A stretch of 64,000 bases of DNA from an uncultured Alphaproteobacteria bacterium (lineage in GTDB: Bacteria; Pseudomonadota; Alphaproteobacteria; CAAHEQ01; UBA3637). The DNA lies in NCBI GenBank assembly GCA_944392145.1, contig CALXVS010000001.1, forward strand, positions 11,502 to 75,501, read 5' to 3'. How positions within the stretch are numbered: position 1 is the stretch's first letter; every line of letters starts with the position of its first letter. Positions 15,136-24,344 of the stretch are shown here, piece by piece. The notes below the pieces were generated by a model. The model was not told where the DNA came from, searched no databases, and was given only the letters and a program-made list of their open reading frames with translations. Made by a program: the position numbers and the translations under genes.

Positions 15136-18100
15136 TTATACCCGAATTGAGAATGACACCTGCCCTTCACCCAATTCTTCGGTATGATCGGCCGCAGACA
15201 ACATTTGAATTCGTGTCAAAGTCAATGCCAACACCTGATCTTGAATATAAGCGGCATGATCGGCCAATGCTTCGGCCGCCAAAGGTGAGTCAACGGCATA
15301 GTCAACAAAAATCCGATCCGATATGTTCAAATTCTTTTCTTTACGCAATGCTTGCACCATGCGAACAAAATCACGGGCAATCCCTTCTTTTTCAAGAGTC
15401 GGATCCACACGTGTATCCAACTGCACCACGGCTGTATTATCCGGCAATGCCGCACCGTTTACCCCCTCTTTTAAAATCAGGCGCAACTCAAATTCTTCGG
15501 CACTTAAAACCTGTCCGGCAATATCAAGCTGACCATCCGGCAATAACCGCCATTCATTCGCTTTACCGGCGGCCATAATGTCTTTCATAAATCGTCCTAA
15601 CCGCTTGCCGATCAAGGGCGTTTTTAAATACAAATACGTATCCGCAACCGATGCCACGTCTTGTGTTAAAACAACGTCTTTAACATTTACCTCATCTTTC
15701 AGCAATTCCGTATAAACCGCTAAGTTCGGTGCTCTTTTACCCGCAACCGTCATACAAAACAACGGCAATCGGTTCCGTAACCGGTGTTCCTCACGAATCG
15801 CTTTAGCCGTTGAAGAAACCTGACGAATCAAATCCATATCGGCCATCAATTCAGAGGCATCCGCAAAAATTGTTTCGTCCGGGTAATCCGTTAAATGAAC
15901 CGATTCTTCCCCTGTCAAAGAGCGATAGACAAATTCGCTGAACATCGGCATCAAGGGGGCCATCAATTGTGCCACTGTGACCAAAACGGTATAAAGCACA
16001 TCAAAGGCTTCCTGCTGTGTTCCATCCCAAAACCGCGCCCGTGACCGACGAATATACCAATTGTTTAAAATATCCAAAAATTCGGCACAGGAGGCACAGG
16101 CCTGCGGCATATCATACGCCGTTAAATCCGCTTTGACAGAAATAATTAACTGCCTTAATTTTGATAAAATATATTGATCCAATACATTTTCGGCCCGAAC
16201 ACAACGATTCGCTTTTATGCTTTCCGCATTTGCATATAAACAAAAGAAATAAAAGGCATTCCAAAACGGCATCAACGCTTTACGGGCAGCCTTGGCGACT
16301 TCTTTCCCCTCTTTATCAACGGCAACCGTGCCGCCTTTAACAGCAGATGAAGAAATCAAAAACCAGCGCAAGGCATCTGATCCCATGGTTTCCAAAACCG
16401 CATACGGATCCGGATAGTTTTTCAGCTTTTTGGACAACTTGACTCCCCCCTCGGCCATCAACAGCCCCGTTGCCAAACAGGTTTTATACGCCGGTTTATG
16501 ATGCAAAGCCGCCCCTAACACATGCAATGAATAAAACCACCCGCGCGTTTGATCAATTCCTTCTACAATAAAATCGGCCGGAAAATGCGATTCAAACCAT
16601 TCTTTGCGCTCAAAGGGATAATGCACCTGGCCTTCGGGCATAGAACCTGATTCAAACCAGCAATCCAAGACATCCGATACCCGCCGCATCATGGTTTGAC
16701 CGCTGGGATCATCCGGATTAGGATACACCACATCATCAATCATCGGGCGGTGTAAATCCGTCACGTCAAAGCCCGTTTTTTCCTTAATTTCGGCAAGAGA
16801 GCCAAACACATCAATCCGTGGGAATTTCGGGTTATCCGACTTCCAAACAGGCAAAGGCGCCCCCCAAAACCGGTTACGCGAAATGGACCAATCCGGGGCT
16901 GTTTCAAGTCCTTTACCAAAACGCCCCTCTTTAATATGTTCAGGTGTCCAGGTAATTTGCTGATTTAAAGCAATCAATTCGTCCTTAAAGGCTGTAACAC
17001 GCACAAACCAACCGGACATTGCCTTGTAAATCAAGGGCGTATCCGTCCGCCAGCAATACGGATAACTGTGGACGATTTGCTCTTTCTTCACAAGCTTACG
17101 GTTTTGCTTCAACCACACCATAATCGGCTCGTTCGTCTCAAACACCTGCATCCCCTGATAATCGGGAACATCGGACGTAAAACATCCGGCTTCATCTACC
17201 GGACAAACGACCGGAAAAGCCGGATCCAATGCCCGACACACCTCAAAGTCATCCTGACCGAATCCCGGCGCAATATGCACCAATCCTGTTCCATCCTCAA
17301 CCGACACAAAGGTGCCCGATAAAACCTTAAAACATCCCTTGTCTTTCATATGACTGAAATACGGGAACATTGATTCATAAGACAAACCAACCAACTCGGC
17401 TCCTTTTAAAGTGCCGACCCGTGTGGCATTTTGAAGCTGTTGTTTATACCGGGGCAACAACGCCTCGGCCAAAACGTATTTTTCATCCCCTTCCTGCATC
17501 ACGGCATAATCAATATCTTGACCGACCGCAATCATTAAATTTGACGGTAACGTCCACGGTGTTGTTGTCCAAACCAATAAATTCAAACCGTTTTCTAACC
17601 GAAACAAAACCGTGATAGCCGTATCGGTTTTATCACGATAAGCCTGATTCACTTCAAAATTTGATACCGGTGTTTGTGCGGCCCAAGAATATGGTTGAAC
17701 GCGATAATCCTCATAAATCAATCCTTTGTCATACAAACATTTAAAGTTGTGAATGACCGATTCCATAAAGGGTAAATCCATCGTCTTGTAATCATGGGAA
17801 AAGTCAACCCAACGACCGATTCGGCGGAACATATCCGTCCAAATACCGGCATATTTCAACACATCTTTGCGGCAAAAAGCATTAAATTTTTCAATGCCGA
17901 ATGCTTCAATTGCTTTACGTCCCGATACACCCAGCTCTTTTTCGGCAGCCATTTCGGCCGGCAGCCCATGGCAATCCCATCCCAATCGCCGTTCAACACG
18001 CTTACCCGACATGGTTTGAAACCGTGCAATCGTGTCCTTAACATACGAAATCATGATATGGCCGTAATGCGGCAACCCGTTGGCAAACGGCGGACCGTCA

Positions 18101-18249
18101 TAAAAAACAAATTCTTCGGCCGTCCGTCTGTTTTCAACGGAACGTTCAAATGTTTTTTGTTCTTCCCAAGAACGAATAACCTCATGCTCCATCTGTGGGA
18201 AATCAATTTTAGCCTGTAAATCCGGGTAATGCTTCACTGTATTTTTCAT
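15136..18249 (-). CDS. ileS: Isoleucine--tRNA ligase, type 2 (eukaryote-like) form
   Basis: 1037 aa with HIGH-type motif PHYGHI, KMSKS-type KLSKKLKN and the CP1 editing insert. The N-terminus (FPQMEHEVIRSWEEQKTFERS) and the C-terminus without a Zn-finger tail look like the type 2 class. Confidence 0.92.
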   Translation of the reverse strand: MKNTVKHYPDLQAKIDFPQMEHEVIRSWEEQKTFERSVENRRTAEEFVFYDGPPFANGLPHYGHIMISYVKDTIARFQTMSGKRVERRLGWDCHGLPAEMAAEKELGVSGRKAIEAFGIEKFNAFCRKDVLKYAGIWTDMFRRIGRWVDFSHDYKTMDLPFMESVIHNFKCLYDKGLIYEDYRVQPYSWAAQTPVSNFEVNQAYRDKTDTAITVLFRLENGLNLLVWTTTPWTLPSNLMIAVGQDIDYAVMQEGDEKYVLAEALLPRYKQQLQNATRVGTLKGAELVGLSYESMFPYFSHMKDKGCFKVLSGTFVSVEDGTGLVHIAPGFGQDDFEVCRALDPAFPVVCPVDEAGCFTSDVPDYQGMQVFETNEPIMVWLKQNRKLVKKEQIVHSYPYCWRTDTPLIYKAMSGWFVRVTAFKDELIALNQQITWTPEHIKEGRFGKGLETAPDWSISRNRFWGAPLPVWKSDNPKFPRIDVFGSLAEIKEKTGFDVTDLHRPMIDDVVYPNPDDPSGQTMMRRVSDVLDCWFESGSMPEGQVHYPFERKEWFESHFPADFIVEGIDQTRGWFYSLHVLGAALHHKPAYKTCLATGLLMAEGGVKLSKKLKNYPDPYAVLETMGSDALRWFLISSSAVKGGTVAVDKEGKEVAKAARKALMPFWNAFYFFCLYANAESIKANRCVRAENVLDQYILSKLRQLIISVKADLTAYDMPQACASCAEFLDILNNWYIRRSRARFWDGTQQEAFDVLYTVLVTVAQLMAPLMPMFSEFVYRSLTGEESVHLTDYPDETIFADASELMADMDLIRQVSSTAKAIREEHRLRNRLPLFCMTVAGKRAPNLAVYTELLKDEVNVKDVVLTQDVASVADTYLYLKTPLIGKRLGRFMKDIMAAGKANEWRLLPDGQLDIAGQVLSAEEFELRLILKEGVNGAALPDNTAVVQLDTRVDPTLEKEGIARDFVRMVQALRKEKNLNISDRIFVDYAVDSPLAAEALADHAAYIQDQVLALTLTRIQMLSAADHTEELGEGQVSFSIRV

Positions 18250-18306
18250 AAGTTCCTCTTATAAGGTTAAATCCGTTATTCAATATGACAAAAAATCTTT
18301 TTTAAA

Positions 18307-18957
18307 TCAAGCTTGTTGTTGTAAAATGGCGCTTTCACCCAATATTTTTGCAACAGGGGCATAGCTTTTGCGGTGATGGGGTGTCACACCGTAAGCATGT
18401 AAAGCCCGCATATGTGCCGGTGTTCCGTAACCGGCATTTTTATCCCATCCATAGGCCGGATATCGGGCTGCCAATTCACACATAATCCGATCGCGGGTCA
18501 CTTTGGCAATAACAGAGGCCGCCGCGATAGAAAGCGACTTTGCATCCCCTCCGATGACCGTTTGACACGGCATCGTCCAATTTTTAGGCGCTCTGTTCCC
18601 GTCAATCAACACCGCTGCAGGTATATGTCCTTTTCCTCGAACATCATCCAACGCCCGGGACATGGCTAAAAACGTTGCCTGCAAAATATTATATGCATCT
18701 ATTTCGGCCGCCGACGCCTGCCCGACACCGATAAGAGCAGATGACGCATATATTAAATCAAATAATTTTTCCCGTCGTTTGGCGGTCAGTTTTTTAGAAT
18801 CATCAACCGTTTGGCGGATTTCATCGGGAATATTTAAGTCGGGCCAACACACACATGCCGCAACAACCGGCCCGCACCAAGGACCCCGACCGGCCTCATC
18901 CACTCCGAAAATCAAGCCGTTTGCCCCCATTTGGCGCTCATACATAAAATCCGGCAT
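18307..18957 (-). CDS. rnhB: Ribonuclease HII
   Basis: [17 protein letters not shown] (DEAGRG motif), DSKKL, and a C-terminal [11 protein letters not shown]. Confidence 0.9.
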   Translation of the reverse strand: MPDFMYERQMGANGLIFGVDEAGRGPWCGPVVAACVCWPDLNIPDEIRQTVDDSKKLTAKRREKLFDLIYASSALIGVGQASAAEIDAYNILQATFLAMSRALDDVRGKGHIPAAVLIDGNRAPKNWTMPCQTVIGGDAKSLSIAAASVIAKVTRDRIMCELAARYPAYGWDKNAGYGTPAHMRALHAYGVTPHHRKSYAPVAKILGESAILQQQA

Positions 18958-18978
18958 ACAACGTTCTCCCTTATGCGG

Positions 18979-20241
18979 CTATGACTTATATCCCAACCGC
19001 TCACAAACGTGTTCATACGGCATCACATCACGAACAGGGCCCAATACGGCCAATGTCGGCCGTGTTTTTAAAATACGTCGGGAAATATCAACAACATCGG
19101 CAACCGTTGTTGATTCAATTTTACCCAAAATTTCCTCTTTCGGAACAAGACGCCCTTTAAATACCAAATCCAATGCATTGCTTTCCGCATGGGCCGCCCT
19201 GTTTTCAAGGCGCATTAACACGCGCGACTTTAATTGCGCTTTGGCACGGGCCAATTCCTCTTCATCAACATGATCCGTCATACCGATAATCACATCACAC
19301 AAAACGGGCATTAACTCAACAACCTCTTTTTCTCCGGTGCCGGCATAAACGGACAAAATACCCGTATCCAACTCACCCGAATTATGGGCATAAACAGAAT
19401 AAACAAGACCGCGTTTTTCGCGAATTTCCTGAAACAGGCGTGAGGACATTCCCCCACCTAAAACCGTTGCTGCCAATGCAGCCGGATAATAGGCCGAATC
19501 TTCATAAGCGCACCCTTCAAACCCCAGAACCAAATTCACCTGTTCATGCGGCTTTAGCACACGTGACTCACCCCCAACATATCGGGCCGGTTCAAACCCT
19601 GTATCCTTGTGTGTTGATATCCGTGTGAACAAGCGCTCACAATGTTCCGCAAACATATCATGCGAAACGGCACCCGATGCGCTGATAATGATCCGATCGG
19701 CCGTATAGCGCCGATGCATATAACCGGATAATTGTTCCGATGAAATACCGCGAACGGTCTGAGCCGTTCCCAAAATCGGCCGACCCAAGGCCTGATTCGG
19801 AAAAGCTGTCATTGAAAAATGATCATAAATCAATTCATCCGGCGTATCATTTTGCATATTGATTTCCTGAACAATAACGCCTTTTTCACGGGCCAACTCA
19901 TCCGGAAACATTTGAGAATCCTGTAAAATATCGGCTAAAATTTCAAGCCCCAGGGCTTGATCCTCTTTCAACAATCGCACATAATACGCCGTTACATCTT
20001 TCCCCGTATAGGCATTCATCACCCCGCCGACATTTTCAACATCACGCGAAATTTGTATGGCTGACCGCGTTGACGTTCCTTTAAAAGCCATATGCTCCAA
20101 CATATGCGAAATACCCCCGACATCGGGCGTTTCATATCGCGCCCCAATGCCGACCCAAACGCCCAAAGAGACCGTGTCAAGGGTTTGATCGGCATCCGTT
20201 ACAACACGAATGCCGTTTGATAAAAGACTTTGACGAATCAT
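18979..20241 (-). CDS. M16 (pitrilysin) family zinc peptidase
   Basis: 420 aa with the inverted zinc motif HMLEHMAFKGT (HxxEH) near the N-terminus and two M16 domains. Confidence 0.88.
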   Translation of the reverse strand: MIRQSLLSNGIRVVTDADQTLDTVSLGVWVGIGARYETPDVGGISHMLEHMAFKGTSTRSAIQISRDVENVGGVMNAYTGKDVTAYYVRLLKEDQALGLEILADILQDSQMFPDELAREKGVIVQEINMQNDTPDELIYDHFSMTAFPNQALGRPILGTAQTVRGISSEQLSGYMHRRYTADRIIISASGAVSHDMFAEHCERLFTRISTHKDTGFEPARYVGGESRVLKPHEQVNLVLGFEGCAYEDSAYYPAALAATVLGGGMSSRLFQEIREKRGLVYSVYAHNSGELDTGILSVYAGTGEKEVVELMPVLCDVIIGMTDHVDEEELARAKAQLKSRVLMRLENRAAHAESNALDLVFKGRLVPKEEILGKIESTTVADVVDISRRILKTRPTLAVLGPVRDVMPYEHVCERLGYKS

Positions 20242-20242
20242 T

Positions 20243-21301
20243 TTAATCCCCTAAATAAAGGATATTTAAAACATTGTTCCAAAACTTGGCCTTGCGATCC
20301 CCCGCATCACGCGACGCTTCAATCTCGTCACTGGTAACGGCCGGCGTTAAAATACCGCGGTACGTATACGGATTTTGATAGGGAACAACCCGCGTCCTGT
20401 TTTCAATAAATTCAGCTTGAACAATACCGTCATTATAAACGGGCATATATTCCACAGACATCGGCGCCACTTCAACGGGCATTAAAACCGAATCGGGTTC
20501 GCGTGTAATGGTTTCGGATACTTTTTTGCCGTTCACAAATTTTTCTTCCTTAACCGTATAGGTCCGCACCGGGGCAATCAAATCAGGTGCCGTATCTTTA
20601 TGCATAGCGGCCGGCGATACTTCGGCCGGCATACGATGCGGTGCCATAATATCCGTTGTATCCGGCATCTGCATCCGCTCGGTAAAGCGCATCAGCATAT
20701 AACCGGTCTTACCGCCACGGAACACTTCCCCCACTCCAATGGTATAATAAGCACCTAATACACCGTAATCAAAATCGACATAATCAATATGATAATTCAT
20801 ATTAAACTTTGTCGTTCCCGATGCCGTCAAATCACACCCAAATTCGGGCACGCTTAATAAAACCTTATCCACAAACGGAACACTCAACCGTGCTGCGGCG
20901 GCCTGACACCGCGGCTTTGTTTGATTAACAAACACTTTAAAATCCAAGATCAGGTTTAAATGCAAATTATCCTCAAGCTTGGCATCCACAATCGTCGCTG
21001 CCGGAATACGCGTGCGTGTCGGCACAATTCGGGAATCGGCCGGCATTTCCAAAGCATTATTGTAACAAACCCGTGCCGTAGGATCGGCATCACACAATAA
21101 AACGGCTTTTCCGCTGTTTTTTTCAAATAAATTTTCCAGCTTATTAAACAAAAACTCGCGTGTCATGGAATATTCGGCCAAAGCACACTGATGTGCCCGA
21201 CAAACCAGCACCGATGACTTCGGCGTTTGAACCCGCGCGTCAGCCGATGTTCCTGCCAACAGGGCAACGGCACCTAAAAAAAGCAAAATGTGTGATTTCA
21301 T
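20243..21301 (-). CDS. Secreted hypothetical protein
   Basis: 352 aa with the signal peptide MKSHILLFLGAVALLAGTSADA. Its stop is 1 nt from the M16 peptidase start, so the two are likely co-transcribed. No family recognised. Confidence 0.55.
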   Translation of the reverse strand: MKSHILLFLGAVALLAGTSADARVQTPKSSVLVCRAHQCALAEYSMTREFLFNKLENLFEKNSGKAVLLCDADPTARVCYNNALEMPADSRIVPTRTRIPAATIVDAKLEDNLHLNLILDFKVFVNQTKPRCQAAAARLSVPFVDKVLLSVPEFGCDLTASGTTKFNMNYHIDYVDFDYGVLGAYYTIGVGEVFRGGKTGYMLMRFTERMQMPDTTDIMAPHRMPAEVSPAAMHKDTAPDLIAPVRTYTVKEEKFVNGKKVSETITREPDSVLMPVEVAPMSVEYMPVYNDGIVQAEFIENRTRVVPYQNPYTYRGILTPAVTSDEIEASRDAGDRKAKFWNNVLNILYLGD

Positions 21302-21384
21302 AAATCCATCCTGTCAAATATTAAAAATAATATGTTCTTTTAACCACATTTTTAATGAAAATGCAATGCCTATCTGTCTTTTTT

Positions 21385-22089
21385 TCACTTTTTATCCGTC
21401 AAAAGAAACGCCCGACAGGCCAACGCAGCCAACGCCGCCGTTTCGGCGCGTAAAATTGTTTGACCTAAATGGCAAAAAACACCGTTTTTCACAGCGGCAA
21501 ACCGTTTTATTTCATCCGGCGTCCATCCTCCTTCAGGACCAATAACAAAACATGCTTTTTCGGGCGTAAAACAAGAACCGTTTGTTTGCCCCCGCTCGGT
21601 TAAAAAAATAAGTGTTTCATCCGATGCAACCGTCTTTAAAAAATCATCCGTCGTGATTGGGGCATCTACACGCGGCACGCATAGACGTTCGCATTGCTCG
21701 GCTGCTTCACGCACAATCAAACGGGCGCGCTCTAAATTAAATTGACGCACAACGGTGTGCCGCGTAATCAGCGGCTGAATCCGTGTAACACCCAGTTCTG
21801 TTGCCTTTTGCAACACCAAATCCATCGGTTCTTTTTTGATCAATGCAGGACATAACACCGTTACAGGCAATGCGGTCTGTGCCCGTGTCCGGTAACCGAC
21901 CGCCAACATAAATCGCTTTTTATCCAATTGCGAAACAACAGCCGCCCATTCACCGTCCTGACCGTTAAACAGCAATACCTGCTCCCCGACATCGCATCGC
22001 ATGACATTTTTTAAATAGTGAATTTGCTTTTCATCCGGCACAACCGCCGCCCCCGCATACAACCGGCTTTCAACAAACAATCTGATCAT
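21385..22089 (-). CDS. rsmE: 16S rRNA (uracil1498-N3)-methyltransferase RsmE
   Basis: MIRLFVESRLY...HYLKNVMR start typical of RsmE, with a C-terminal SPOUT region FVIGPEGGWTPDEI...LGQTILRAETAALAA. I prefer the start at M14 of the track ORF. Confidence 0.85.
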   Translation of the reverse strand: MIRLFVESRLYAGAAVVPDEKQIHYLKNVMRCDVGEQVLLFNGQDGEWAAVVSQLDKKRFMLAVGYRTRAQTALPVTVLCPALIKKEPMDLVLQKATELGVTRIQPLITRHTVVRQFNLERARLIVREAAEQCERLCVPRVDAPITTDDFLKTVASDETLIFLTERGQTNGSCFTPEKACFVIGPEGGWTPDEIKRFAAVKNGVFCHLGQTILRAETAALAALACRAFLLTDKK

Positions 22090-22183
22090 TCGCGGCCCTT
22101 TCATTTTAACCGTATTTTTATATAACACCTTTTAAAAGGACTGTGTCAAGCTTTTTAATTAATGCCGTTTTATCCACTGAATT

Positions 22184-24157
22184 TTATTCGTTAAATTTAA
22201 GGCATACAAGCGTCAAATCATCTGTCGGAGGGGGTGGTGAAACCGTAAAAAAGCGTTTAACAACATCATCTAAAAACCACCGAACAGAAGAAGAAACCAA
22301 CTTAAACGACGGTCGCATCATTCGCACAAACCAAGCATAAGACAACCGCCGTCCCGAACGGGTTTTTCCTTCAATCGCTGCATCACTGAACAAAATCAAA
22401 AAATCACCCGGCTGAAAAGCATGTGTTTGATTTTCATAAACAGGATGCGTTTGAATCCCCAACGGAACCCCGCGCGCCTTTAAATAAACCTCCCGCCCCT
22501 GATGCATCAAAATCGGCGGCACCGATCCGGCCCCGGCATACGTGATCGTTTGTGCGGCAACATCAATCACCCCGCAAAAAAATGTCGTGAACTGCCCGCG
22601 CGGCAACAAATCATACAATCGTTCATTTAAAAACCGCAGCAACTCGGCAGGATCAGACGCTAAAGATATATCAATTCCTTTTGTTAAAGTATGCAGTCGG
22701 AACGTATTTAATGCGGCGGACATACCATGTCCGGAAAAATCACTGACATAAAAACAAAGGCGATTCTTGGAAAGTTTAAAAATTTGCCAAAAATCACCTC
22801 CCAAAACGGATGATGGCACAAAATAATGTGCGATTTCAAGATGATATTCTTTTTTTAATGCATTTAAAAAAGGAACACTCGGTAATAACCCGACTTGCAT
22901 TTGTTGGGCAGCATATTGTTCATTTTTAATGTTGCTTAACTGTGTTTGCAGGTTTTTAATCAACAATTTATTTTGCAAATGAACACCGACACGAGTCAAA
23001 AATTCGGCCGGCACAATCGGTTTTTCAATAAAATCCACCGCACCGGCAATCAACACCTCGCGCCGAACACGCGGTGCCGCGGCCGGAATTTTTGCCAAAA
23101 CGGGAATATCGGTGCCGTCCGGATCCGCTTTTAAATGTTCCAGTAAGCGCACCCCGGGATCCTCGGTTTTTAATACATCCAAAATAACTAAATCCGGATT
23201 AAATTGCAAAATATCTCGGACTTTTGCAAAATCCGTATCCCCTGTTTTGATAAACGTCACCCCCATGGATTTTAACAACTGCGTGACAAGCTGCACCCGA
23301 ACGGGATTTTTTTTGGCAACAAAAACACGGGCCCTTGAAAAATCCGGTCGGTGCGGCATCAGATACGGTTTACCACCGGACGTTAAAAAAGAACGCTTGT
23401 CCGTGCGTCGGAAAGACAGTGTGATTTCCCGACCGTAATCCGAAACCGTACAGGCATCCGCTACGTCGGCAATGATTTTAAGCCCGCGCCCCGAGGCCGC
23501 ATAAAGTTCCGACCGTGCCCGTGCCGTGGGGGTGACACAATAACCGACTCCTTCGTCTTGAATTTTAATTTCCAACAAATTGTCGGTCCATTGGGCACGA
23601 ATGCGTACAGACTTTTGCGCGAACGTTGGGTCGTTCAACCGAACTGTCAGCATACGGGCATATTTAAAAAAATGCTTACCATCCCGTCTGAGTGAACTGG
23701 ACAATCGCAAATTTCCGTGAATGAGTGCATTAACAAGCGATTCATGCACAACCATACGAATGGCATCAAAATCCGCCGCCGAAAAATTCAACCGATCGGC
23801 CAATGCACGTGTAAAAATAAAGGCAATATCGGCCGTATAAAGTGCTTGCCCCGTTAATAATAAACTTAAAGATGGTACCAGTGCCGCCCGGCGTTCATTT
23901 TGAAAAAAACACGCCACGGATGCATCCGATGCCATTGTGTCAATAACACCTTTTAACGGTAAACGTAACTGTTCGCAAAGACCTTCCTGATCCGTCCGTG
24001 CCGTTAACGCATAACAATTTTTCGGCCACGGTCGGGGCGGACGCATTGTCCACACGGGATTATCACGACTTGGCCACGGAATCAAGCGAAACCGGTTTGC
24101 AAGCTGAATCAACCGAATATCCGACGGATAATCGGTCGTAATATAATATCGGCGCAT
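22184..24157 (-). CDS. Multidomain signalling protein: N-terminal unknown region + RsbW/SpoIIAB-like HATPase + receiver (REC) + PP2C/SpoIIE phosphatase
   Basis: 657 aa. VHESLVNALIHGN...GRGLKII suggests an anti-sigma-type Ser kinase fold. RVFVAKKNP...DLVILDV...GAVDFIEKPI is a receiver with Asp and Lys present. GGDFWQIF...FYVSDFSGHGMSAA...LILFSDA is a PP2C/SpoIIE domain. Confidence 0.8.
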   Translation of the reverse strand: MRRYYITTDYPSDIRLIQLANRFRLIPWPSRDNPVWTMRPPRPWPKNCYALTARTDQEGLCEQLRLPLKGVIDTMASDASVACFFQNERRAALVPSLSLLLTGQALYTADIAFIFTRALADRLNFSAADFDAIRMVVHESLVNALIHGNLRLSSSLRRDGKHFFKYARMLTVRLNDPTFAQKSVRIRAQWTDNLLEIKIQDEGVGYCVTPTARARSELYAASGRGLKIIADVADACTVSDYGREITLSFRRTDKRSFLTSGGKPYLMPHRPDFSRARVFVAKKNPVRVQLVTQLLKSMGVTFIKTGDTDFAKVRDILQFNPDLVILDVLKTEDPGVRLLEHLKADPDGTDIPVLAKIPAAAPRVRREVLIAGAVDFIEKPIVPAEFLTRVGVHLQNKLLIKNLQTQLSNIKNEQYAAQQMQVGLLPSVPFLNALKKEYHLEIAHYFVPSSVLGGDFWQIFKLSKNRLCFYVSDFSGHGMSAALNTFRLHTLTKGIDISLASDPAELLRFLNERLYDLLPRGQFTTFFCGVIDVAAQTITYAGAGSVPPILMHQGREVYLKARGVPLGIQTHPVYENQTHAFQPGDFLILFSDAAIEGKTRSGRRLSYAWFVRMMRPSFKLVSSSVRWFLDDVVKRFFTVSPPPPTDDLTLVCLKFNE

Positions 24158-24344
24158 ACCCCCTCCTTGGTCGTTATATAGTCCTTTGTCTTATATAGGG
24201 TAAAAGCAAAGTAAAATCAAAAAAACAGGTTAAAAAGGTTTTTTAAAGCCGGAATATTCGGCTTGCTTTTTTTAAAAAAATATTGTATAAAGAAGCGGTT
24301 ATTTAACCCGGCAAACAGGGGTGTTTGCCATTCAGGAGAAAAAA

